A DNA stretch of 64,000 bases from Candidatus Micrarchaeota archaeon (lineage in GTDB: Archaea > Micrarchaeota > Micrarchaeia > Anstonellales > Bilamarchaeaceae): NCBI GenBank assembly GCA_038046805.1, contig JBBSVO010000004.1, positions 97,419 through 161,418 on the forward strand, given 5' to 3'. The position numbers and the translations under genes were made by a program. Within the stretch, counting starts at the first letter, position 1, and each line of letters opens with the position of its first letter. Positions 39,333-50,289 of the stretch are shown here, piece by piece. Under the pieces are notes generated by a model, which was not told the origin of the DNA, made no database searches, and worked only from the letters and a program-made list of their open reading frames with translations.

Positions 39333-39463
39333 CGAGATTAATGATAGAGAAAGGGTTTATAAATCCGTAGATTTCCAAGTGGAAATCTCCATCTGTCAAA
39401 ATAATCTTGAATCGCCACGGCCCATTGCTCACAGCTCATTGCTCAGGGCCCATTGCCAATAAT

Positions 39464-40750
39464 TTATGTCCCTTCTTCCCAGCTTCCCAAATATTTCTTC
39501 TGCTCTTGCGTGAGCGTGTCGCATTTTATGCCCATCGCGGCGAGTTGAAGGCGGGCGATATCATTATCAACTTCTTCAGGAAGTCGGATGACACCTGCGC
39601 TAAGCTTGCCCTTGTTTTTAACCAGGAATTCGCATGCCAAAGCCTGACCGCAGAACGAAGTGCTCATGACTTCACTGGGATGGCCTTCTGCCGCGGCAAG
39701 ATTGACCAGTCGCCCTTCCCCACACAAGTAGATGCGCTTGCCTCCGACAACGTATTCGTCAAGGGATGGCCGCATTTTTCTCTTTTTCCCCTTTGATTCG
39801 GATTCAAGGAATTTCATGTTTATTTCCGCATCAAAATGCCCGGAATTGGCAAGTACGGTGCCATCTTTCATGAGACGAATGTGTTGTGCGTCAATTACGT
39901 TCTTGTCCCCGGTAACAGTTATGAAAATATCCCCAATCCTGCTTGCGTCTTCAAGCGGCATTATTCTGTATCCATCAAGCGTTGCCTGAAGCGCACGGAA
40001 CGGTTCAACTTCGGTTATAATCACATTCGCGCCCATCCCCTTTGCGCGCATTGCGACTCCTTTTCCGCAGTCACCATAGCCACATACCACAACGCTTTTT
40101 CCTGCGAATAAAATGTTTGTTGCCCGCAGAATCCCGTCAATCGTGGATTGCCCGGTACCGTAATAATTATCAAGAAGATGCTTTGTCTTGTTGTCATTGA
40201 CTGCAATCATGGGGCATTTAAGAGCGCCATCGCGTTCCATTGCATGCAGACGGATTATCCCTGTTGTTGTTTCCTCGCAACCTCCGAGAATTTCTTTAAT
40301 GAGTTCCGGATGCTTTGTATGGATTTCTGTAACCAAATCGCATCCATCGTCAATCGTTATGTGCGGTTTTGCGGCAATGACCTTGTTAAGATATCTGTAA
40401 TAATCTTCTCTGGTTTCGCCTTTGTACGCATATACTGAAATTGAACCGCCCGTTTCGCCCTCTTTTGCAAGCGCTGCAGCAACATCATCCTGCGTTGAAA
40501 GCGGATTACAGCCAGTGATTGATATTTTTGCCCCACCAGCGACAAGAGTCCTGACAAGCACTGCGGTTTCCTTTGTAACGTGAAGCGCAAGCCCTATAGT
40601 TAGTCCATTAAATGGCTTCTCGCGAACGAATCTTTCACGCACTTTGAGAAGAGCACCCATGCGCATTTCCGCAAGCTCTATGTTAAGTAAACCCTGGGAT
40701 GCCAGAGAGATATCCTTTACTTCGTAATTTTTTCCACTGTCCATATACAT
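39464..40750 (-). CDS. ahcY: Adenosylhomocysteinase
   Basis: GCNPLSTQD, IDDGCD, EETTTG, GYGDCGKG, GHPSEVMS. Confidence 0.97.
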   Translation of the reverse strand: MYMDSGKNYEVKDISLASQGLLNIELAEMRMGALLKVRERFVREKPFNGLTIGLALHVTKETAVLVRTLVAGGAKISITGCNPLSTQDDVAAALAKEGETGGSISVYAYKGETREDYYRYLNKVIAAKPHITIDDGCDLVTEIHTKHPELIKEILGGCEETTTGIIRLHAMERDGALKCPMIAVNDNKTKHLLDNYYGTGQSTIDGILRATNILFAGKSVVVCGYGDCGKGVAMRAKGMGANVIITEVEPFRALQATLDGYRIMPLEDASRIGDIFITVTGDKNVIDAQHIRLMKDGTVLANSGHFDAEINMKFLESESKGKKRKMRPSLDEYVVGGKRIYLCGEGRLVNLAAAEGHPSEVMSTSFCGQALACEFLVKNKGKLSAGVIRLPEEVDNDIARLQLAAMGIKCDTLTQEQKKYLGSWEEGT

Positions 40751-40843
40751 TCACCCTAAAATTTCAACATAAAATTCAAATAAAAATCTCCACTAAGGTT
40801 TTTAATACGCGACATCTAAAAGCAAGAACATACCAGCGGTTAG

Positions 40844-42982
40844 TTGTATCCAGATATAGGTGAGCACTTGGAATTGATTGTAGCAGAAAAACCAAAAGTC
40901 GCTGAAAAAATTGCCTTTGCCCTGTGCAGCAACGCGAAAAGAAAGGCGCTTGGCGGGATTGCATATTACGAAGGCACGGCAACCGAGGATGGAACAGAGA
41001 TAGCAGTGGCTCCGGCAGTTGGCCATGTTTACACGCTTGTTGAAAAGGAAAAAACCAATACTTATCCAGCATTTGACATAGAATGGGTGCCATCATTTGA
41101 AGTGGAAAAAGGCGCGGCATATACCAAGGGTTATGTAAAGTTACTTGAAAGCCTCTCCAAAAAGGCAGATAAACTGACTGTTGCCTGCGATTATGATATT
41201 GAAGGGTCACTAATTGGATATAACGTATTTCGCTTTGCGTACGGGAAAAAGACCGGCGCGAGAATGAAATTCTCAGCATTAACACAGGGAGACCTTGTTG
41301 AGGCATATCTGGAACGTGGTGAATTAGATTACAATAATGCATTTGCAGGAGAGGCAAGACATATTCTTGACTGGTATTACGGTATCAACCTTAGCCGCGC
41401 ACTCATGTCTGCGCTTAAGGCAGCTAACAGATTCAAGATAATGAGCATTGGACGAGTGCAGGGGCCAGCACTTGGCATTCTTGCGCAATTGGAATTGAAA
41501 ATCCGCGCGTTTGTTCCTACCCCTTATTGGGAGGTTTCCGCACACATAAAAGGCGTGGAGTTCATGCATTCTGGCGGGCGGTTTGAAAATGAAGAAGAGG
41601 CGCACAAAGCGCTCGGGGAGACTAAAAAGGATGGGAAAATTGAAAGCGTTGAGAAAAGAGAGCAGATAGTCCAGCCAAATCCGCCATTTGATTTAACTTC
41701 GCTACAGGTGGAGGCATACCGCGTGTTTGGAGTTGCACCCGCACGCACCCTGGAGCTAGCGCAGACGCTTTACGAAGGCTCCCTTATCTCTTATCCAAGA
41801 ACCTCATCACAAAAATTACCGGCAAAACTAAACTTAAGCGGAATAATAAAAAAATTAACCGAAAATCCCGCGTATGTGAAAGAGGCAAACGCACTTTTGG
41901 ATAATAAATGGTTCAAACCATTAGAAGGAAAGAAGGAAGACCCGGCACATCCTGCAATTCACCCGACAGGATTACAACCGTCTGGCAAACTGGAGGAACA
42001 GGAAAGAAAATTATACGATCTTATTGTCCGGAGATTCCTCGCGACATTCGCACCTGAAGCCAAAAAGGAAAGAACCGCAGTTGTTGCAGATTCGAACGGG
42101 CAGAAATATTCAGCGGGCGGAGTTGTTACCACTAAAAAAGGTTGGATTGATTTCTACGGCCAGTATTACAAAACTGAGGATAAAGAGTTGCCTCCGTTTT
42201 CAGAATCAGAAAAGGTTGAATTCGAAAAGAAAAAGAAAACAAAAAAAGAGACAAAGCCTCCGAGGCGTTACACGGACGCATCAATAATCTCGGAATTGGA
42301 AGACCACCATCTCGGGACAAAGGCTACTCGTGCAACGATTGTTGAGACTCTGCACAAGCGCGGATACATGACCGGAAAATCGATTCAGGTCAGCGATTTG
42401 GGGTTAAAGGTTATTGATGTTCTTGGAAAATACGCACCGGAGATTCTTGATGAAAACCTGACGCGAAAGCTTGAGGATGACATGGAAGAAATCCAGAATG
42501 GAAAGATGGGCAAGGAAGAGGTAATAACCGAAGGGAAGGAAATTCTTATTCAGATACTCGACAAATTCAAAAAAAGCGAGGCGAAGATTGGCAATGAATT
42601 GCTCGGAGCATTAGAAGCAAGCGAAAAGGCGCAGAGCCAGGTAGGTGTTTGCGACAAATGCGGCGCACAATTGAGAATAATAAAAATGAGATTAGGGAAA
42701 CAATTCATTGGCTGTGGCGGATACCCGAATTGCAGAAATGCATACCCGCTTCCGGGCGGTGCATGGGTTATGCCGACGGGAAAGCCATGTGCAACCTGCG
42801 GGAAACCAGTTGTAATCGTAAAAATGTCAAAAGGACGAAGCGCGTTCCAGATGTGCATAGACCCGAAATGCCCTACGAAGGCAAATTGGGGGAAGGGAAA
42901 AAGCACCGATGTAAAGAAATCCGAGCAGGAGAAAACCAAAAGCGCAGAGACAACCAAAACCGCGGAAACAAGCGAGGTTTAA
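40844..42982 (+). CDS. topA: Type IA DNA topoisomerase (start probably about 40868)
   Basis: VAEKP, ACDYDIEG, SIGRVQ, ISYPRT, AHPAIHPT, GTKATR, C-terminal Zn ribbons. Confidence 0.96.
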   Translation: MYPDIGEHLELIVAEKPKVAEKIAFALCSNAKRKALGGIAYYEGTATEDGTEIAVAPAVGHVYTLVEKEKTNTYPAFDIEWVPSFEVEKGAAYTKGYVKLLESLSKKADKLTVACDYDIEGSLIGYNVFRFAYGKKTGARMKFSALTQGDLVEAYLERGELDYNNAFAGEARHILDWYYGINLSRALMSALKAANRFKIMSIGRVQGPALGILAQLELKIRAFVPTPYWEVSAHIKGVEFMHSGGRFENEEEAHKALGETKKDGKIESVEKREQIVQPNPPFDLTSLQVEAYRVFGVAPARTLELAQTLYEGSLISYPRTSSQKLPAKLNLSGIIKKLTENPAYVKEANALLDNKWFKPLEGKKEDPAHPAIHPTGLQPSGKLEEQERKLYDLIVRRFLATFAPEAKKERTAVVADSNGQKYSAGGVVTTKKGWIDFYGQYYKTEDKELPPFSESEKVEFEKKKKTKKETKPPRRYTDASIISELEDHHLGTKATRATIVETLHKRGYMTGKSIQVSDLGLKVIDVLGKYAPEILDENLTRKLEDDMEEIQNGKMGKEEVITEGKEILIQILDKFKKSEAKIGNELLGALEASEKAQSQVGVCDKCGAQLRIIKMRLGKQFIGCGGYPNCRNAYPLPGGAWVMPTGKPCATCGKPVVIVKMSKGRSAFQMCIDPKCPTKANWGKGKSTDVKKSEQEKTKSAETTKTAETSEV

Positions 42983-42986
42983 TCGC

Positions 42987-43787
42987 ATGACTAAAGTCAT
43001 TTCATTATCATCTGATTTTGGAGTAGGCAATAAAGGAATCGCGGTAATGGAATCGGTCGCGTTAGGAATATGCCCGGATGCAAAAATTTTCAATATGAGC
43101 CACGGAATCCCCTTTTTTGGAATATCCCAGGGAGCACGTGTTCTGGAAGCAACGGCTTATTTGCCAGTTGGATGCCATGTAATGGTTGTTGATCCAGGTG
43201 TTGGAACCGAAAGAAGAGGGGTAATCATTGAAACAGGGAGAGGAGACAAATTAATCGGACCGGATAATGGTGTCCTATTGCCAGCCACCAGGTTTTTGGG
43301 CGGATTCAAAAGAGCGTTTCAATTGAAAAATGAAAAATATTATAGAAAACCTGTTTCACCGGTTTTTCATGGGAGGGATGTATTTATCCCAGCAGCGGCT
43401 CATATATGCAATGGCGTAAAGCTCGAAGATTTTGGGCCGGAGTTAAAAGAAGGTGAATTGGTTAAAGCACCGTATGATGAAGCAAAAGTTGATGACAATA
43501 AAATCATTGCCCGTATAATAGATGTAAACAATTTCGGCAGCCCTTTCCTAAATATAATGCAGGGAGTTATGCACGAATTGTTTGAGCCTGGCGATTTGAT
43601 AAGGGCCTCACTAAACGGAAAAAATTTTGATTTGCCTTATAAGAGAACCTACGGCGACGTGAAGGTCGGAGAAGCATTGCTGGTGGATGACGATTTCGGC
43701 CGTGTTGAGGTAGCAGTGAACCAGGGATTTTTCATAAATAAGTTCAATGCAAAGGTCGGGAACGAAATAATTTTAGAGAAGAGATGA
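42987..43787 (+). CDS. SAM hydroxide adenosyltransferase (DUF62 family)
   Basis: SDFG, VVDPGVGTERR, GPDNG, FHGRDVF. Confidence 0.92.
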   Translation: MTKVISLSSDFGVGNKGIAVMESVALGICPDAKIFNMSHGIPFFGISQGARVLEATAYLPVGCHVMVVDPGVGTERRGVIIETGRGDKLIGPDNGVLLPATRFLGGFKRAFQLKNEKYYRKPVSPVFHGRDVFIPAAAHICNGVKLEDFGPELKEGELVKAPYDEAKVDDNKIIARIIDVNNFGSPFLNIMQGVMHELFEPGDLIRASLNGKNFDLPYKRTYGDVKVGEALLVDDDFGRVEVAVNQGFFINKFNAKVGNEIILEKR

Positions 43788-43845
43788 TGCATTAGACAAA
43801 AGTATAAAACCGAGTAGATAAAAAGTATAACGAAGACTACTTTTT

Positions 43846-46302
43846 ATGAAAACAGAGACATTTGCGATAATATTAATCGCAATTCTTTTTATCTCAGGCT
43901 GCATTTCCCAGCAGACCAAGCAGAGTTTTGCCAAGGACATTGAAAGATCTCTCCAGATTTTTGATTGGATGAATAAGTCTACATTCTGTTGTATGCCCCA
44001 GAACCCAGGGCAGGAAACCGGATTCCAGATCCCAGCAGATGGCAGTCAGCAGCCAGAACCCAAAATCCAAGACACAGGACTCAAGACGCAAGACTCTCAA
44101 TCCAAGACACCAAACTCCGGACCCGAAACTCAGAACGCGAAACTTCCGATAGGCTGCGACAACATCTGCGATGATTTTGAAAAACAGGTCAAAGAGCAAA
44201 GCCCGTGCTATAATCCGGATTGTTTGGGTATAAAAAACGGGAATGAAACAATTCCGAAAACTGTGAATCAACAATCAATTCAACCACAACAACCCCAACA
44301 GGGAATGCAGCAGTTTAACTCTCCGCCACAAATGAAGAACGCGGAAATCCAGATAACAAAAACAAATTCAACTTATAAAATCGCGGATACTGACAAAAAA
44401 CCATCTGGCTGGTTCTCAAGCGGGCAAAGCGCAGATATTATGCTTTCAGGAATTGATTTCAACAATTCGGGCGGCCCACTTTTATTTAATCATCCCGGAA
44501 CGATTGCAAGCGATGGAACGCATCTTCTGCTCGCGGACCGGAATAACAATAGAGTTTTGATTTGGAACAAATTGCCGAAAGGAAACGAAGAGCCGAACCT
44601 GGTGCTCGGACAAAAAAATTTCTACACAAATAATCCCGGAAACGGGCTGAATGAATTTAACTGGCCTGTTGCTGTTGCAGTATCACCGGACGGAAAAGTA
44701 ATCGTTGCAGATACATATAATGACCGTATCCTTATTTGGAACAAATTCCCGACAAAGAACGGGCAAACTGCGGACTTAGTGATACAGGACATTCGATCGG
44801 AACAAGGAACCCAAGGCCCAGGACTCGAGACTCAAAACTCTAAACGCAACCTCGGCTGGCCCTGGGCAGTATGGACAGACGGCAAGAAACTCATAGTGAC
44901 AAGTACCGCTACCGGTTCTGTCCTTATATGGAACAGTTTTCCGACAAAAGACAACCAGGCCGCGGATATACGGCTCACTGCAAATGGGAAATTCGGAACC
45001 CCGAGAAGCATTGGAAGTGATGGAAAGCACCTTATAATAGGAGACCACAACGCGAAATTATTCACAGGAAGCGATGGCGGAGGGCAAGGCACATTTTTCT
45101 GGAAAACATTCCCGACTAAGGATGACCAGCCGTATGATTTTGCTATGAAAAATGCCGGGTCAGGACATGGAATGATTGGGGAGGAGCTTTGGGCAGCGGA
45201 ATTTTTGGAAGATGGAAAACTCATGGCAATAGGAGAATCAATATACGTTTGGAACGGATTTCCGGAAAATGAAAACGACAAGCCAGACCTGACAATAGGT
45301 TACCCGTTCAAATCAAACAGCGGGTCGGGCATCATCGAAGCAAATGGAACGCTTTACATCGCATCAACAAACGGAAACATGATATGGGGGTATGGCTCGG
45401 TTCCGAAATCCGCGGAGCAAAAGCCGGACTTTGTTATTGGGAGCAAGAACATGGATTCTGACCCACTCGCTGAAAATTATTTTATGACAAATCCTGTTCC
45501 ACTTACCGACGGGAAAAGCCTTGTTGTAGTCTCAGATTTTGACCGCAAGATGTACGTCTGGAAAAATATTCCTGATGAAAGCGGGGCAAAACCGGATTTC
45601 GTGCATTCAAATGTTGGCGGGCCATGGGGCGGCGCACTATTCAACGGAGTACTCGCTATTGGCGGAAAACGGGGAATTTATATATGGAATAAAATTCCGC
45701 TGAACGGTGAAAAACCAGATACAACAATAAATGAAAAAATCGGAAGCGTGGAATTCAAAGAAATACGCGGAATAGCGATTGATGAAAAATATTTCTATGT
45801 TGCGGATAACAAAGCAAACAAGATATATGTATGGAAAGGAATTCCGACAGAAAACGCTGAACCTGTTGCAACTATTTCAACAGACCGGCCATTCAGGCTT
45901 TCAAGCAACGGCAAGTATCTTGCAGTAGTCAAAACATACGGGCCTACATTGGAGATTTACAAAATTTCGGAACTGGGAACTGGAAACGCGAAACCATCTA
46001 TTATCGGAGGTGCGGGAATTTTCAACCTTCCGGAAGGAGCTTTGCTGCATGAGAACAGCCTTTTCGTTGCAGATACCGTATTCAACCGCGTCCATATCTG
46101 GAAAAATGTTGAGGATGCACTTGATGGAAAGTCGGCGGATACAATACTGGGAAACACAAACACGGACCAGAATAAACTCAACCACCCGGAGATTGGAAAA
46201 AACAAATTATTCTGGCCTGCGGCAATTGCATTTGACGGAAATTATTTGTGGGTCGGAGAATTCAAGTTTTCTGGAAGGCTGCTAAGGTTTTCGGTGAAAT
46301 AA
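43846..46302 (+). CDS. Lipoprotein with NHL-like beta-propeller repeats
   Basis: Lipobox ISGC; repeated ADxxNxRVLIWNxxP and PxxxAxDG motifs. Confidence 0.82.
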   Translation: MKTETFAIILIAILFISGCISQQTKQSFAKDIERSLQIFDWMNKSTFCCMPQNPGQETGFQIPADGSQQPEPKIQDTGLKTQDSQSKTPNSGPETQNAKLPIGCDNICDDFEKQVKEQSPCYNPDCLGIKNGNETIPKTVNQQSIQPQQPQQGMQQFNSPPQMKNAEIQITKTNSTYKIADTDKKPSGWFSSGQSADIMLSGIDFNNSGGPLLFNHPGTIASDGTHLLLADRNNNRVLIWNKLPKGNEEPNLVLGQKNFYTNNPGNGLNEFNWPVAVAVSPDGKVIVADTYNDRILIWNKFPTKNGQTADLVIQDIRSEQGTQGPGLETQNSKRNLGWPWAVWTDGKKLIVTSTATGSVLIWNSFPTKDNQAADIRLTANGKFGTPRSIGSDGKHLIIGDHNAKLFTGSDGGGQGTFFWKTFPTKDDQPYDFAMKNAGSGHGMIGEELWAAEFLEDGKLMAIGESIYVWNGFPENENDKPDLTIGYPFKSNSGSGIIEANGTLYIASTNGNMIWGYGSVPKSAEQKPDFVIGSKNMDSDPLAENYFMTNPVPLTDGKSLVVVSDFDRKMYVWKNIPDESGAKPDFVHSNVGGPWGGALFNGVLAIGGKRGIYIWNKIPLNGEKPDTTINEKIGSVEFKEIRGIAIDEKYFYVADNKANKIYVWKGIPTENAEPVATISTDRPFRLSSNGKYLAVVKTYGPTLEIYKISELGTGNAKPSIIGGAGIFNLPEGALLHENSLFVADTVFNRVHIWKNVEDALDGKSADTILGNTNTDQNKLNHPEIGKNKLFWPAAIAFDGNYLWVGEFKFSGRLLRFSVK
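44001..44143 (+). repeat. Degenerate heptamer tandem repeat (consensus about RACNCAR) inside a CDS
   Basis: ...AACCCAA AATCCAA GACACAG GACTCAA GACGCAA GACTCTC AATCCAA GACACCA AACTCCG GACCCGA AACTCAG AACGCGA. Confidence 0.75.
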
Positions 46303-46473
46303 CGTAGTAATTTAAATTTGCGAGACATAGAAAGATAGTGATCCAAGAAAGTTTTGCGAAACCTTCTTGTCTCAATACATAGCAAACATGAAGGTTTGGC
46401 AACGGATACTGATAATATATACCATTGCAGTGTTTTCGTGGTTTGCTATAATTATATCAGCAAGGTGTTTTGA

Positions 46474-47697
46474 ATGTCTCTTGGATTTTTGGAAAGTATG
46501 AAACCAAAAGAAATTAGTACATTCCATAAAAAAGTCGTAAGCTTCTTCGAGGAGAGAAAGAAAGAAGCAAACTATCCAAGAGCCATAACCCTATTCTTAA
46601 TCAGCACATTTCTTCTTTCGCAGTTTCTCAGGTTCATTAACCTGGGCATATCAAAAGCGGATATTATCCAGGTCCTGAGCGAAAATTATGAATATTTCAT
46701 ATCTAATATTGCACCCACTGGATCAGCCACAGCAGGAGTACTCTTCATTTCTGCTGCAATTTATCTACTCACCATAAGCAAGGCCCTCAAAATAAAGATA
46801 AACTTCTCACAGATTTTGTATTTTTATGGTATGGCCGCACTGGTTGCCTCATTAGCCTTAATCCTGTTTATAGTCTATGAAAATGCAAAGAGCAACTCTC
46901 CTGCTTCAGTCTTTGCTGTCCTAGCCTCGTTGCTCATTTTGTTTGGAACGCTTACTTCGTTATATATGATATTGGTTATGTTCAAGGTTCTCAACGGAAT
47001 TTCCTATAAGAAAACCGCGGCAATACTTATAGCCACAACCATTTTAACAAGGGCGCTCGCATCAACCATCTTTGTATTTGTCATGGTAATGCCGTATTAT
47101 ATGATATTTGGAGTTCACAATCCCCCGACGTATTACTATTACAATATAACCACGAATTCAGATGGCTCAATCACCGCCACCTATGCGTGGATGCTCAATG
47201 CGACGAACAAGCCACAGGAGATTTGCTATGTTGGGTTTCCTAAGGGGTGGGTGCTTGCAGAGTATAACATTACTTCTATCGTAGTGCTTGCAGAGAGGAA
47301 TAGAACCGTGGAGAGTTATGACATGAGTGATGTTTTCTATAAATCAAATACTGGTGAGAGAGATATCGAATATTTTATTTTTGTACATTCGCCTCCCGAA
47401 GATTGGGGTGCTGGTTTGGTCGAAAGTATAGCACAGGGGGCTAAGAGAGATAAAGAAACCGAAGTGCTATTCAACGAAATGTTTAAAATAAACGACTTTA
47501 GATATGATACTTTTGACGATAGAACTAAAGCTGTCGTTGTTGAAATGTCTGATATAAATCGAACGCTCAATAGATATAGAATTGTTTTGCGAACTGCAGT
47601 TGGGATTGGTTACGAAGCGGTTTATCAATCTCCATACAACGAGAATAACGATATTAGTTATATTTTGAACCATTCAAAATGCTACAAATATGGCTAA
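46474..47697 (+). CDS. Membrane protein with C-terminal extracellular domain
   Basis: About five TM helices followed by a soluble domain with N-x-S/T sequons. Confidence 0.7.
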   Translation: MSLGFLESMKPKEISTFHKKVVSFFEERKKEANYPRAITLFLISTFLLSQFLRFINLGISKADIIQVLSENYEYFISNIAPTGSATAGVLFISAAIYLLTISKALKIKINFSQILYFYGMAALVASLALILFIVYENAKSNSPASVFAVLASLLILFGTLTSLYMILVMFKVLNGISYKKTAAILIATTILTRALASTIFVFVMVMPYYMIFGVHNPPTYYYYNITTNSDGSITATYAWMLNATNKPQEICYVGFPKGWVLAEYNITSIVVLAERNRTVESYDMSDVFYKSNTGERDIEYFIFVHSPPEDWGAGLVESIAQGAKRDKETEVLFNEMFKINDFRYDTFDDRTKAVVVEMSDINRTLNRYRIVLRTAVGIGYEAVYQSPYNENNDISYILNHSKCYKYG

Positions 47698-47712
47698 TTG
47701 TTGGTGTAAAAC

Positions 47713-50256
47713 GTGAAGTTTTTCCATATCAGGCAGGAAAACGAAGACTACAAACTAGTTCGGCACTACTCAAATTCTGCCGAGCCACTGAGCGAAGGAA
47801 TCCTTGGAAGGTCTTTTAGAAAAATCAAAGACACTGTAGCAACGGTTGTAGCTGCAACAATGTTCTTCACGGCTGTTGGAGCTGCTCACTTCCGTTGCTC
47901 TTCATCTCAGGAAGAATCCGATGAGACTGGCCAAAGTTCTCAGGCAAACCAGACGATATCAAAAACCGGCAAAACAGATGAAAACGGAAAGGCTGTTTTT
48001 GAGGCAAATGGAAAAACCTATGAAATAAACCTTTTTGACCGTGAAAGCGGAAATCCGATTGCAGGAATGAACGTAATACTTTCAATAAAAGGAGATGGTG
48101 GATTTTACATCGTTCTGGATTCTAGCGGAACATACATTCCAAGAATTGCCGGCTTGGGGAAACCATCGGATGAGAAAACAGATTCTTCATCTATAAAAAA
48201 GGTGAGCAATGTTGTCATGCATAAACAAGGTGGAGTCTGCCAGTTGCCGGCAGGATTTTTCTCCACAGTTGATCTTTCAACAGACGAAGGAATGGCAAAG
48301 CTGGATGACTGGCATGAGGAATGGAAAAAAGACAAAGGAACAGAAAATCCATTAACAGAAAACTTCGAAAATAAAGCTGAAGTAGTTCTCTCCGAACTAA
48401 ACGATAAAATCCGATATATCCTTCAGCATATCATAGGAGATACCACTGCAAGAGCCACTGCTGAAATTCCAATTTATTTTGGCTTGATTAAGCTTGGAAA
48501 AGCTATCTCTACACTTTTTTCAAAGGCAAACTCTGGTCTTTTCATCATGGACATATGTGCTATGTCTGAACAGCTGGACTGGGCAGGCTATTACAAAGGC
48601 CTGTGCTACGAAAATTCTGATAAGTTTGAGGTATGGAAGCTTAAGGCGGCCAATTATTTTGAAGTGGATCCAATAATCCAAAACCCTATTTTGCTAGTTC
48701 TTCCTGTTCAGAGCAAGAATAACTGGACAGTACCAGTGGCTGGCATAAGCGGCAAAGTCGTATATGAATCACCTGAAGAGCAGTTTTTTGGCATGTTTTA
48801 TTCTGAAGTGGAACTAAAGCATGTTGATGGCAAGCTTCCAACGATTAAGTCGGAAACCCCACTTTTTTATCCTGGGATACCTGAAACCACATTCTCGTTT
48901 GTGGCAAGCGCGTGCGGGAACATAAATCCGACCTATGAATTAAAGGTAAATTATGCAGGGTCCTACGGTGAAGGGGGCGAGCCAAAATTCATGCTTACTG
49001 TAGAGGAAGGCGTAGAGTACACGGTAAATTTCAAAGTAAAGAAAGATTGCACTGGTGGTTATACTTCCAAGACTACTGGAACGAATGGGTTTGAAGTTGT
49101 GTGTAAATCGGATAGTATATCACAGAATAAAATAAACTGTGAAAACACAGTTATAGAAGCCTGTGATGGGATAAAAGTAATTGCAAAATATTCCAGCAGT
49201 ATCTGGTCATGCCCAGCAATAGATACAGATGGCAATCTATATGTACAGACCGGAAATATACTGACGGAAGAAGATAGTCTAATCGCATTAACGTCCAATC
49301 TGAGTGAAAGATGGTCTATTAAGGGAATAGATTTTGTAAATTTTGGCACTCTTCCCGGGATTCAACCCATCATATCGCAAACAAGCAACACTATCTATGT
49401 TATCTATTTTTCAACTTTGTATTCTATAGCCAATAACGGAACAATCAATTGGGATTTGGGGACTACAGGTCTTTCTATAGATGGATTAGCAATTGGAGCT
49501 AATGAAACGATTTACGTGGTAAGTGGGTTTGATATCTATGCAATAAGTCCAACAGGAAATATACTCTGGTCTGTTTATTTAAACACAAGCTTCATTCAAC
49601 CTACTGTTGACCTTGATGGAAATCTATACCTTGGGCAGGACTCGCCAGGCCTCATTTTTAAATTTCTGCCGGATTCTACTTATCAGTCTTGGCAATTACC
49701 GAGTTCAATTACCGATGCAATAAGTGAATTTGCGATTGCCAATGATAATATTTATGTCGGAACGACCGAAGGTCTTTATGCGTTGAATCGCGAGAGTGGG
49801 GCGGCGCAATTAAAATTTGATACAACCACGGCGATTGATGGAGCAGGTTCAGAGATAACTACCCCTCCTTCGTTTGATTCAGCCGGGAATATATATTTTG
49901 GAGTTAATAACTGGTTATTTTCCATAACCCAGCAAGGAGATTTGAGATGGAAAAAGCAAACCTCGGCGTTTATTACACAACCTACAATCGCATCCAATGA
50001 CGTAATATATTTTATCAACGTGGGCTATCCAGCGGAATTGCGAGCGATACGATCAGATGGAAGTGATATACTAACTACGAATATAAATAGTGGCAATTAC
50101 TGCCCGGCATATATCTCAAAAAATGGCACAATATACATCACAAACACTTCAGAGATATATGCCATTGAAGGTTCCTCGCCCCTAATGAATTCCCCCTGGC
50201 CGATGTACCGCCACGACCCTCAGAATTCCGGGAACGCAGGAACTCCTTTAAAATGA
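47713..50256 (+). CDS. Large surface protein with C-terminal PQQ-like beta-propeller
   Basis: Repeats PAIDTDGNLYV, IYAISPTGNILW, PTVDLDGNLY; terminal SPWPMYRHDPQNSG. Confidence 0.8.
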   Translation: MKFFHIRQENEDYKLVRHYSNSAEPLSEGILGRSFRKIKDTVATVVAATMFFTAVGAAHFRCSSSQEESDETGQSSQANQTISKTGKTDENGKAVFEANGKTYEINLFDRESGNPIAGMNVILSIKGDGGFYIVLDSSGTYIPRIAGLGKPSDEKTDSSSIKKVSNVVMHKQGGVCQLPAGFFSTVDLSTDEGMAKLDDWHEEWKKDKGTENPLTENFENKAEVVLSELNDKIRYILQHIIGDTTARATAEIPIYFGLIKLGKAISTLFSKANSGLFIMDICAMSEQLDWAGYYKGLCYENSDKFEVWKLKAANYFEVDPIIQNPILLVLPVQSKNNWTVPVAGISGKVVYESPEEQFFGMFYSEVELKHVDGKLPTIKSETPLFYPGIPETTFSFVASACGNINPTYELKVNYAGSYGEGGEPKFMLTVEEGVEYTVNFKVKKDCTGGYTSKTTGTNGFEVVCKSDSISQNKINCENTVIEACDGIKVIAKYSSSIWSCPAIDTDGNLYVQTGNILTEEDSLIALTSNLSERWSIKGIDFVNFGTLPGIQPIISQTSNTIYVIYFSTLYSIANNGTINWDLGTTGLSIDGLAIGANETIYVVSGFDIYAISPTGNILWSVYLNTSFIQPTVDLDGNLYLGQDSPGLIFKFLPDSTYQSWQLPSSITDAISEFAIANDNIYVGTTEGLYALNRESGAAQLKFDTTTAIDGAGSEITTPPSFDSAGNIYFGVNNWLFSITQQGDLRWKKQTSAFITQPTIASNDVIYFINVGYPAELRAIRSDGSDILTTNINSGNYCPAYISKNGTIYITNTSEIYAIEGSSPLMNSPWPMYRHDPQNSGNAGTPLK

Positions 50257-50289
50257 TGATGAAACGTTTATTTATCGTTGGTGAAAATT